A stretch of DNA of 64,000 nt from Bugula neritina (Eukaryota > Animalia > Bryozoa), in NCBI GenBank assembly GCA_964035545.1, contig OZ037768.1:6232741-6296740 (forward strand). The letters are read 5' to 3'. The notes beneath the pieces were generated by a model. That model saw only the letters and a list, made by a program, of their open reading frames with translations, was not told where the DNA came from and searched no databases. Shown here in pieces: positions 38,572 through 50,149 of this stretch. Positions within the stretch are counted from its first letter, which is position 1. Every line of letters begins with the position of its first letter. A program made the translations under genes and the position numbers.

Positions 38572-41500
38572 TCAACATCCCAGCCAATACTTGTGTATTG
38601 AATAAGGAGTTCCATGAACTGTAGCTCTGAGCATATCATTCACTTTATAGACTCTAAAACATCAGCATTAGAAGTCTATATATAACCATATATACTCTTT
38701 AAACTTTGCCAGACGGAGGGCCAAGCATTGGTGTGCTGCGGCATACAAAACTATCAGATCATGCAATGCTAAGCTGAGGAGTTCATGGCATATATAAAGT
38801 TTAAATAGGTTTATTAAAATGGCATAAAGTTCTATGAAAGTATTTGAGCTTGAAATTCATTAAAAATCCTAATATGGACATAAAAATAAACTTTATGCAA
38901 TCTAGATGATTACATAGAATACAAATAATAAATTAAGCTCCTCAACGCAGCCCACACATGCCTGCAAACTTTCACGCAGCTGTGTACATCTAGCACAAGC
39001 AAATCTTAGGACTTGTATTACGAGTTTAGTTCCTAATCTCACAATACAACGTGTAATGCTTACTTGGACCCTTTAAAGAAGAATATAGAACTGGAGCCAT
39101 CCCACACCGCAGCTTCAGGATTGTGTGGGGCGTCATGAAACACCCCCTTCATGTTGCCAACTTTACTTAATTTAAGCAGAGATTCTCTAAACTTGTACAA
39201 CTGCCTCTCCTGGTTATAGGTATAGGTAAAACATTCAGTAAAAGCGGTTAAGTAAATGCAAGATAATTAATGCAAGTCCGAATCTTAATATAATCTTTTT
39301 TGCTAGTTTTTATTTTATTCAAAGGTGATATATTATTACTTACAGCAATGATGTATATATTACCGCCTCGCCAGGCGAAGGCAGCTTGTATATTCTTGAT
39401 GGTTCCAGTTGCCATGACAACAGGAAAGCCTCTGTCTAACTTACTTTTATAATATCTCCATACTTTATAACCTGCAAAATGAATTTAATAATTAATAGTT
39501 TATAGGAACAATTTTATAAGCAACATCACATACATGTAGTAGTTGTCTTACCTTTAAATACGTACAGACGGTGGGAAATAGAAGAATAAGTTACAGCATC
39601 AGGGCTATCAGGAAACTCTTCATACAATTTGTGGGAAAGCTTAGGCCAGCCATCTTCTATCTGCAACAGGTAAATTTCACTAGATATACTATGCAAAGAG
39701 GGAGGTTGGAGAGGGAGGAGGGGGTTTGGAGAGGAAAGAGGGGGTTTAGAGAGGAAGGAGGGGGTTTAGAGAGGGAGGTCGGAATTTAAAGAGGGAGAAG
39801 GGGGCTTGGAGAGGGAGGAGGGGGTTTGGAGAGGGAGAAAGGGATTTGGAGAGGAAGGATGGAGTTTAAAGAGGGAGGGGGGGTTTGGAGATGGAGGAGG
39901 GGGTTTGGAGAGGGAGGAGGGGGGCTTGGAGAGGGAAGAGGGGGTTTGGGAAAATAACTCCCTAAACATGGTAAGCTAGGCATGTTATCAAATCACTTAC
40001 TGCAGTATTATTCTTGTTAAGTTTGTAAATCCATTGTTTTCTAAATATATAATATCTGTTATCAGGAAGTTTGATGACATCATCAAATCTAAGTTTGCAT
40101 GGATTTGGTACTGATTCACCAACTGCAGTATTTAGTGGAGTAGAACTTAACCTGGTGCCTGAAGACAGAAATAGTGAGTAATTTTGTGCGTAAATTTAAA
40201 TTATCACAATGCATGTTTTATACACAATACTGTGGAGGCTTTCTAATAACATATTGCTACAAGTTCAACACGTGTACAACTACATAAAACCACATATTTA
40301 GGGCGAAACATCAAACACACATGAAATTATAATGTGCGTTGATTAAACTACATGCAATCATTTAACATTCTATAGCCAAGTCGTTAGGATAACATAATCC
40401 TAGGCCTTGTATATAACATGGTAGATAACTATTATAACGTCTTATACCTGTTTCTACTCAAAAAGCATACAATGTATTGCTGAAAACTGTAAGATGGTAA
40501 ACATATACATTTACAATATGTGAATGTGAATGCAAATGAAATAAACAGCTCTTATGAGTTTTAAAAAGCTGGGGGAAACAGTACACCACCTACAAGGTTC
40601 ATACAGTAACATTGCATGAGCTACAATTTCTCATATACTCATGACTTCAACCTACCATACAGTTTCTGTATAGCCTCGATATCATCTTGGTGTAGGTGAA
40701 ACTTCTTTTTATATCCTTGATAATAAGGGGCCATCACTGCATTATAGACTTTGGAATGTTTCAGGCCTTTAAACATTATGATAAATAAATACATATTTAT
40801 ATATCTAAGTATTTTATAAGCCACGTAAGTTTACACATGCATTATATTATTTTAGAATAAAAGAGTATGTGATGTTGTGCATAATAATATTTCAAATAAC
40901 CTAAAACATGGCCGAATTCATGAGTTGCAATGTTCTCCAAATACTTTTCACCGGCAGCGTTACTCACTGACCATGACTCATCATCATCAAAATGGACTCG
41001 TCCATCATTTGGGTAAAATGCATGAGCCAGGATTCCATCTGTAAATCACAAAGTTTTATATAATAATCAACATCATTACTTATTATAAGCTGAAATGCAT
41101 TTTATATTAGTTTATTTGTGTTGTATATTGGGTCACATTATTTTATTTAGTATACACTGAAAGAATAGACTGGGAATGAAAAGTCATGATTAAAAATCAA
41201 CAAATATGGCTATGATTTCAATTATGTAGTAATAAAAAATGGCCAGGCTAGAGGGGGGGGGGGAGAAGCTAGCAATGCTCAACAGCTTTGTCTAATCAGC
41301 TAGCTAGAATGTGCTTACTGAAATTTTTAGCAGATCACCTGAAATTTAAAGCAGCAAAATTGCTATTTTTGGTGTATACAAGAAGTAGCAAAGTACTTGG
41401 TTAGCAAAAATTAAAGTATCTTTGCTGCTGTACAAACAATCAAAACCTGCATTCTATGTTGAAAAACTTTTATAATCTTAACTAGAATATGCTAAACCTA

Positions 41501-44500
41501 CGTCACTAGATAATTGTTGGAAGGATTTTTTGCTAATGAGAGTTCGAAGGCACTTGCTAATGAGAGAAATATATTTTTTAATGAAACTTATTACAATTCA
41601 GTATGTTTTCTTTGTCCACACTCAAACAATAGAAATATACTGATTGTGTAATTCTAAAACCGTTTTTTAAAATTGAAAGTTTTTTTTATAAACTGAGCTC
41701 ACCTCAATTATAGCTTTCAGCTTAAAATTTATGCATCCGCCGCTTTGTTTCTCTGTGTACAATAACACTGCTATTTTCTTTTTTTGCACACCAATGTGTA
41801 ATTGCAGTATGCTATAAGCTTAAAAAGTAAGGAAAGTTTTTAAATTACTTTACCAACAACTTTTATAGAATGTTGGTATATTTTATTACAGCTTTCCTAC
41901 ATTAAATTGGTGTATTATACATCTAAAAAGAATGACTCAGTTCTTGGTTCCTTTCCAAATTCATATATTTCTGTAGAAAATCACAACATGTTTACAATCA
42001 AATGCATTGTAATTTATGCAGACTTTTTGTATTCTTCAAGAGCTCTAGCTGCAATGGCTGGTCCAGCAACGGTAGGAATGTATGGGTTGATTGCCTCACT
42101 CAAAGTGAACTGCAAGTCTTTGCCAAACAGATTTACTGTGACTTGCACACCACTGAATCCTCCATTACCAGCAATAGCTGAGGGGTTGAAAGCCATCTTT
42201 GTGATGTCATAGTTTTGCTGTTTTATTCCCATCATCCAGGCTCTTTCCTGATTGGCTGCCTTAATTTCATCTGTTGCAGCTTTATAACCAGGACAAGCTA
42301 CAAACAAAATTGTATATCTCCCCTAACCTATGATAGAAAATCTAAGATCTCTTTGGAATAAAGTTAGAAAATGCTACAAATATTAATTTTGTTCTAACGA
42401 GCTTTACATTCATACAAAGTGCTTATGCTGCAGCTGTTTTATAAAATTTTACCAAAAGAGCCAAAATTGGTTAAGAGTATTTCAAGAAAAAACTGTCTAC
42501 TAAAATGTATACACAAACAGCAATGTATATTATTGAATATATAGACCTTTGTTAGCATCGAATCCGCAGTCACTGCAGTATTGAGGCTGGAGGTAAAACT
42601 TGCAAGCATTTTCAGGGTCATTCTCAAAGTTACCACAGTTAGGTTCACTGGCTCTCTTGACAACCTGGGTCACTTCTCTCTCTGAAATCAAACAGTTGAA
42701 TGTAAAAAATTATTTCTGATTTTATAGAAATTGTAAAAAGAATGCAACTTATCTGAATTTAGTGTTTGTGTGCAGCTACTAATTAGCAATAATAAAGAAT
42801 AAAGGATAATCCATAGATGAATTCTATATAAACGACAAAGCATATTATTTAAAACTATATTTTTCAACGTGTTTAGCTAAAGTTAGCACACAGTGTATGA
42901 TATAAATGACTTGTAGATACTTACTTCCAAAGAGACTTCCAAATGCTTTTCCAATTTTACTGCCAAGGTTTTTGCCAAAGTCGGCAATTTTACTGCCTAC
43001 ATCCTTTATTCCATCAATAGCTTTGCCGACCCCACTTCCAATAGTTTTTCCAATATCAACCACACCACCACCAATTTTCTTACCAATGTCGACAATACCA
43101 TCAATAGCCCCTTTACCAATGTCAACAACTCCTGCAACAAAATGGCTGTCAAATCTCACAAATTTGAAAGTGTCATATATAAGCTCTTAATAAAAATCTG
43201 TTTTAACAAAATTGGTTTAATTGCATGAAATTCAGTGCTTGGTTATTATAAGAATAAGTGTGAATATAAGTGAGTAATAATCACCATTGCCAATGGTCTT
43301 TCCAAAGTCTTCAAGTCCACCTCCAATGGTATCTTTGAAGAAGCTGCCAATATCTTTTCCAACATCGATGATTCCACCACCAATTTTGTTGACAAAAACA
43401 TCTGGGATTGTCGAAGTAAAGAAGTTGGGGATTCCATCTTTGAAGAATCCGATAGTTTTACCAAGAACAACTTGCCATTTTTCTGGTTTGCAAACGGCCT
43501 TTGCCCTAAACAACAAGTTAGTTTTCAATATTGAATATAAAACTTGTTGAACATTGAATTATAATACTTTATCACATAAATTACACAAACCGCATTACAA
43601 CATATGCACTAACCTAGCTTCACACTTAGTTTGAACGCATGTTCTACACTTGGGGATAGCAGCACCCAACAGGTTGTTGCAGGTTGCGTTGATTGGTTTA
43701 AAAGCCTCAACAGCATTTGTCAATCTTTGGTTGTAAACTTTAATTTTAGCACTAATAGTTTCTATACCAGCATTTCTTACAGCTACAACATATGATATAA
43801 TAAATTGTGAGATAAACAAACATATTAACATGGTATTTCTTTAATATGTGTATACCATTGTATAAACAAAATTGCAACATTTTTGAAAAGGATACAGAAT
43901 TTCAATAAAGCATTTTAATATTTTTATCATATTAATGATGAATAAATAAAATAAAAAACATCATAGGTCAATATTATAAAAGATTTACTAACTTATTCTA
44001 CATAAATACCATTCATGAGTGAAATAATTCGTCCTAAACTACTTAAGGCCAAAAAAATGAAAAAAGGAAGATAGTAAAACTGACTTACATTGAATTGCTG
44101 ACGCTGGAACATCGACCATTTGAGAGTAGGCCACGCCCACAATAATGGCAACAAAAGCTAATAACTTCATGGTGAAAGTATTCTATGTACAGAGTGCAAT
44201 AAGAAAATGGAACTGAGTGGGAAACGGCAACTGTATTATACCACGGTTGTATCACTCGCTTTCATAGAATAAAGGGGTGGATAAAAAGGGTACATCTATT
44301 AGCAAAGATTCAAATACACAAATTATATAAAAAAAATAAAAATGAGATAATCAGAGTGGTAATCATTATTCTTATATGTATAATAACACGATTTTATTTT
44401 ATTTAAAAAAATACTGTAATAAAAATTTAGCTTATGTACCCCATAAAATGCACATGCAAAAACGGTAAATCCCCTAAATTGTACGCCTCGGTGATAGCTC

Positions 44501-47500
44501 GGTTATTGGAAGTTTAGATGCGGACAGTTACTCAGATACTATGTGAAGAAACAGCTGATACATGCGTATAGTGACGTATACATACACCAATATAGTAAAC
44601 ACTAACACATGGTGATTTCCATGATGTCAAAATAGTGCCCAAGATTATTAACAAAACATTAAAGCATGTTTTTATTGCATGTATTTTCATAAATTTGTTA
44701 TTATGATTCTCATCTCTGTTTTATTATTACTATGCGTCACTATTTTATATTCAGTCAGTATTAGTAATAGATAATTATAGTATAACAAATATTTACACTT
44801 TTTTGCTTTCTATCTAGTATTTGTATTACACTAGAATGATTCATATATTAGCAGTAACAGCAAAACTTTAAAACAATATTTTACATATTAACATAGTACA
44901 ATTTTTAAATACTTGTTCTCCTATTATGAGTTTGTAAATAGTATTTATGATCAGATAAAACATGAGCCTCATTCATTTACCTTTTCCATCAAATGGGTAA
45001 CCATCACCATGATCATCTCTCTCAAACTGTATTCGGATATCAGCTGATTCAGGTTGTGACTCGACAATATCAACAGCTGCAACTTCGCTCCATTTTTCAA
45101 AAGCGTTTTTGAGTGCCTGCCTAAAAACACAGAAAGAAACAACCTTCTTTTTGACTTGTTATATTAATGTAGGGTTACCACTGGCATGCTAAGCCATGTC
45201 TATCTTGAACGTTTTCTTGGCTTACGGTCACATTTTCTCAAGCATGGAAACATTTTTACCTCTGGGAGAATTGATAATTCCGGTTACAAAAGTAATGTAA
45301 ACAACAGGAATATGTGCAAGTCATATTAAAGGACCATGTAGTAGCTCAATAATGCATGGCTTTGCCATGCATAAAATATATTATTAATATTTGAGCAATT
45401 TACCATTTTGTAGCTGTTTGCTAAGATTTATCATATTACTACAACATTCAAATGCCAGGATCATGCTCGTATGGCCACTATACAACTGAAAGTTTGTCAG
45501 AGTTAATCTCACAAATCACTTTGATAAACATCTGAGTGAAAAGTTGTGTGGTGATCATGCCAATCAGCATTGTGCTGTGTTTTGACATAAAAGCTACAGA
45601 AATATATGTTGGAATATGTGTTCTCTAGCCAGAGTATGATCTCTTGACATGAATTATCCAACAACAGTGAAATAATCTTTTTAGTTATTATGACTATTTG
45701 TAAATCAAAGTTTGCTATAGTGCAGGTAGCAAAAAGGAGCTCATAAAAATTATCTAGAATAACTTTCGTATATGAATTGAGACATAAGCAATGGGAATTT
45801 TGCTGCTTTGATCACTTTTTGAAAGAAAAGCAAAATTATCGTTTTATTTTTGAAGTAATTTGTAAATAGTAAATTTCTAATTGAAATTTGAAATTCTAGT
45901 GCAGATTAATTTTACAGCTTTAAAAATAGCTTTTAACTTCAATTTCTCATAAAAACTACTATACATCATTAACTAATATAATAAGATAATGTAAATGATA
46001 TAATAACAATAATCATGAGCTAGCAACGATGATGTCGTATATAAACACTGTAGCTGGGAATAGTTGAGTTTATCACAACCCAAAGGGCCATGTATCATAA
46101 TTTGAGGTCATAAACCAGTTTGGTATTAATATAAGTCTACTATTACACTGTACACTAATTACCTTTGAGCAGCTAATGGTAGACTACTGGAAGGCTTTAC
46201 TAAGCTCCATTTTAACAAAGTGACCTGCCCATTTCCTGTAAGAAAAGCATTGCACATAACTAGATAGTCAAACCTCAATTTGCAAGTTAATATGAAGTTA
46301 AGAATCTTGCATAGAATTAAATAATTAATATTAAAATGTCTACACTTTATGCTTTCTATTTGCGGCTCTCACAAAACCTGTTTATTGTAAAGAATGAAAA
46401 CATACTGCATACACAACAACAATCTGTAGTAATAAGTTTTAATATAGCGACACACAGTCATTATTAGCTAGAATCTGCAACAACACTTGGCAAAATCTGC
46501 ATAACAAGCTATTTAGCAATTTTAGATTAAAAGTTTCATTCATAAAAAAGATTCATGCTGGCTATTATAGAGAATTTCCATATGCAGTCAATGTCTGGTG
46601 TCAGGTCACTACATGCTATAACACAGAAAACTCAGTAGAATATGACAACCACCGCAAGGTGGAAGTTGGTGTCTGAACATACCATTGCTTGTTATCGTGA
46701 CAGTTTGATTCTCAACAGGCAAGACATCTGCATCTATGGTCAGACTGCTACGACTCTCTAGGGCGTTGAACTGGCTACTTCTACAACATCAGACATGGTC
46801 TAGACACAAGCTTATGGCTATCACAATAGACAGTTTGCACAGTGCATTCTGGTAAAACATTAAATTTTGTTGAAATGTGAAGTTGTGACAAAAGTGTTAA
46901 ATTAGTTGAAGTCATATTGCCACCAGCCATTATGAGGAGTAATAGTTGGAAATGCATGACAGTTGTGACTTATTCAAACAAAAGTTGCTATAAGCAACCC
47001 GGAGTTGGGGGTGACTGAGTGCAGTAGTGCAAAGTTTTTGAGTTTAGAATTTGGGGTTCAATGTAAAACCCCCAACTCTAGAACCAAGACTCCAAACTAC
47101 TGCACTCAATCACTCCCAGCTAGAGGCTGCTTATAGCAAGCTCTCATTTATACTTATATAATGTGACTTGCATGTTAATTTTCATTCACAGCACTAACAT
47201 ACCATGCATTAACCTAAAATGCCTTGGCATAACATGCACTGTATTATAATATTAGTTCAATTGTAATAAGGTTTCGTCTGATTAAGAAGTTGAAGGAGAC
47301 ATTGTCTGACTGAAAACAAATGCTGGCTAGATTTTAAGCTAGATTGAACTGTCATTGACCATTGCATGCCGGATTATTACAATGAATATATTTAGCATAG
47401 CCATGGTCACTGCTCGCTGTAGTAAAACACCCCATGATAAGATAGGACACAAATTCCTGACATCTATTATCTATATGCTTCCTTTCTTATCCCTGGTTGA

Positions 47501-48411
47501 TATTATATATAACGTAGCATATGCCAAATTAGTACATTATTTTCACCCTGATGCTATAGTGTCCAAAAATGATGCACATATATCTAGTAATAACTCTAAA
47601 TAATGGTCAATTTTTTGAGTATGTTGCTTTACTTGTAGTTCTCACCTTAGATGTTTTGAATGCCTAAGTTTATGAGCTTCAGGCTTCTTTTCTAACTCCT
47701 AAAAGCAAGACCACATTGTTTTTAATTTCTATTTCGACTTCTAAGCCTAGGGCCACACTGTGCGTATTTTCGCATGCGAAAATTGAAATCACAAGTAGCA
47801 AAGGTGTCCACTGTGCGCGTTGAGAAAACCTTCGCACTTGTCGCTCTGCATTTTCAACGCAAGTGCGAATCGTTTCTGTCGTCGTCACCTAATTGGCTGG
47901 TAGTGATTAAGCGAGCCCAATTTCGTTATTTTAGTGCTAAATTCCAGTAAATTGCGTTTTATTGAAAGCGAGTGCGATTTAAAAATGAAAGCTTTATTTA
48001 TCACGCATCACTGACGCTACAGTGGACGCCTTTGCTACTTGTGGTTTCAATGTTCGCATGCGAAAATACGCACCGTGTGGCCCTAGGCTTAGTCCACACA
48101 AAAGCCAAAAGCAGAGCTATGATGAGCACTGGCAGACTGTTGAAACTGCTTATAGTTGACAACAAAATTTTGAAAGTTTGGATAAAAATCTACTTGTTTG
48201 TTGACAATTAGAAGCAAATGCAAATAAAATGAATAACCTAGAGCAATCAAGCAATCAAGAATAATACCAACAAGCATAATATACAATGTAATAAAAACTA
48301 ATTTTATACAAAGTTATTTCTCACCCTTAACGTCAAGACAGGATTTCTTGCGGAACAAATTATAAGCAATGCGCTAAACTCTGCAAGCAGAAATAATATT
48401 TTCTTCTGCAT
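38572..48411 (-). CDS. Secreted matrix metalloproteinase (M10A) with a C-terminal hemopexin domain, 12 exons
   Basis: Exons 48411-48325 (signal peptide MQKKILFLLAEFSALLIICSA), 47698-47646, 46780-46683, 46235-46163, 45120-44981 (AFEKWSEV..ADIRIQF..DHGDGYPFDG), 41038-40901 (ILAHAFYP..GRVHFDDDESW..ATHEFGHVL), 40766-40656 (GLKHS..AVMAPYY..DDIEAIQKLYG). Five hemopexin exons follow at ~40158-38572, ending YWLGC*. The zinc motif HExxHxxGxxH and Met-turn are intact. Exons 1-3 are phase-compatible but less certain. Confidence 0.92.
39697..39950 (+). repeat. Purine/G-rich minisatellite (~20-nt unit gagggaggagggggtttgga) in an MMP intron
   Basis: About 12 degenerate copies visible; they explain the Pro/Ser-rich ORFs on the minus strand. 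Confidence 0.92.
42014..44170 (-). CDS. Secreted clusterin-like protein (365 aa) with central Gly-rich amphipathic repeats; nested in MMP intron 5
   Basis: GT-AG exons 44170-44089, 43782-43614, 43505-43285, 43131-42925, 42681-42547, 42297-42014 total 1098 nt and stay in frame. Signal peptide MKLLAFVAIIVGVAYS; Cys cluster 1 C-x10-C-x2-C-x4-C-x7-C; repeats of GGGVVDIGKTI type; FG-KR-EVTQVV-KR; Cys cluster 2 C-x10-C-x8-C-x2-C-x7-C; C-terminus GVQVTVNLFGKD...AARALEEYKKSA. The gene model is secure; the clusterin assignment rests on recalled human CLU. Confidence 0.85.
44205..44245 (-). promoter_or_regulatory. TATA-like box plus initiator of the nested gene
   Basis: Minus strand GGTATAATACAG (44242-44231) lies about 26 nt before TCAGTT (44216-44211, Inr consensus), which is ~45 nt upstream of the ATG. 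AATAAA lies ~130 nt after the stop (41887-41882). Confidence 0.55.
46985..47139. mobile_element. Short palindromic MITE-like element
   Basis: TTGCTATAAGCA...TGCTTATAGCAA ends with imperfect inverted complementarity along most of the length (TGAGTGCAGTAGT / ACTACTGCACTCA); no ORF. Confidence 0.6.
47744..48089. mobile_element. Non-autonomous DNA transposon (MITE), ~346 bp with ~75-bp terminal inverted repeats
   Basis: AGCCTAGGGCCACAC..GTGCGTATTTTCGCATGCGAA..TTGAAA.CACAAGTAGCAAAGG.GTCCACTGT on the left and its reverse complement on the right. It is flanked by TA on both sides (47742-43, 48090-91) and is CpG-rich relative to its surroundings. Confidence 0.88.
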
Positions 48412-50149
48412 TCTTCGGCAATTTGTGCTTCAGTGATGAGCAGAAACTGTTACAATAACTATACAACCAATAGTAAATCGACACATAAGATATCCACTGT
48501 AAAATCATTGTTTGTTATTTATTTTTTTGAGATATTAGAGTCTGAAGTGGCCATTGAATTGCTGGCTTTGAAGATTGACACTAGTTCGGAGTTTGGAGTG
48601 TGAATACTTTTAAGACAAGAGCCCTTACTCACAAATATAGCATTGCGTGGAGTGAGCTGAGTGCATAGGGATCCCGTAGAGTGATCAAGTTTATTTTAGT
48701 GTCACCATAACTGAAATAGCAAACAAAAACATATCTCAAAATGTGTGGTTTTGTCAATTTAAAATACTTCTGTTGTAATGCATTGCAAAACACATATTTT
48801 TATGTGTTGGGCTTACAGAGCAGCTTACAGATGGTGATTATCAGCCATGACCTAGGTCACAGGCTCACACCACATTTTCACAAAACATGCAACTTATTGA
48901 CTATCAACATAAGTGCAGATAATGATCAAGTCTAACTTATTGTTCAATGATTTAACCATTGCAACAATGTTACCATCAAATATCTCAATACCACTTCTAT
49001 ATTTCAATCCTCATTAGTTGATTATTCTATACTATATAATAACTTTAAAAAAGTATACTTTATTGTCTTAGTATTACTGACTTGTAATAGTTTGAAAATA
49101 ATAATTGCACAACACAATACATGACTTATATCCAATACCAAATAGTCCCAAATTTTAAGACGTTTGTGATTTGTTACATAGTTGAAAACAAGAGTTTTAA
49201 AATGTTACAAATGCAACTTAAGAGCTATTGTTCTCCCCACATGTATATTATCACAACTTATTTCCAACAAATCCTTTATTTTACTGTTTATAAATGTTTA
49301 AAACATGTGATGATGTAATAATTACCAACACAAAAGCTGTAAACATCAGATGAAGTAACACTAGGCTTAGGCTGAAGCTGTATAAGACCATTGGCACGAA
49401 GGCACAACCACAACTTATAAAGGATAAAGTTTTCACAATTACTAGTAAAGGCAGAAAACGGGTTTGATAGTCCATGTAATACTGCAAAATTGTTTGCTCT
49501 AACTTTTTTTTTTCTAAAACCGCTCAGCAGTTTTTATATATTGTAAAATAATTTTTTATAAACATTGCTTCTTTGTTTTGCTTTTAGCCTTGGGTTAATG
49601 TTATTGTTCATATGTTTCATTTCAGACATTTTTATGGAATGTACTGCTAACCTCAACCTTTTGTTGATTTATTGTACTGCAAAGTTTTTAACCTAGATTA
49701 ATGTAATATAATAATATTGCATAATCAAAATTCAATTGATAGATATAAACATGCAGCAGGATACACATTATTTAGATTTACTCTTAAAACCTCAGAAGCA
49801 TGGTTGGCAGCTATAATTTACTTTTTGTTTGAAAGAACTTACCTTTATAGCAATAATCGATTATAAATTGGTTAAAGTTTAGATTCTGTTGTTTTTCTGC
49901 TTTGATGGGTAGAAATCTACTTATCAATTTTAATATTTTGAGACTGTGGGTTACCAATAGGCAATAAGTATAATTTGCCAACAATTTGGTGAGCACGTGG
50001 GGGTAAAGAAAAAGTTTCACGCTTTACTGTCTACTACAGTTAAGTTAACCAATAATAAGCGAAATAAAAGTTTTATTCGCCAGATTTACCCAATTAGCAT
50101 CTTTCACGACGAAAACCCTGCGCTTAACCACACTTCCTGTCAAAGCAAA

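Noticed and set aside
38930-38990. Alternative MMP last exon (CTQLRESLQACVGC..)
   Set aside because: The exon ending YWLGC* at 38572 gives the canonical hemopexin end.
39766-39983. Extensin-like Pro/Ser ORFs
   Set aside because: Translation of the G-rich intronic repeat; the flanking MMP exons splice in frame without it.
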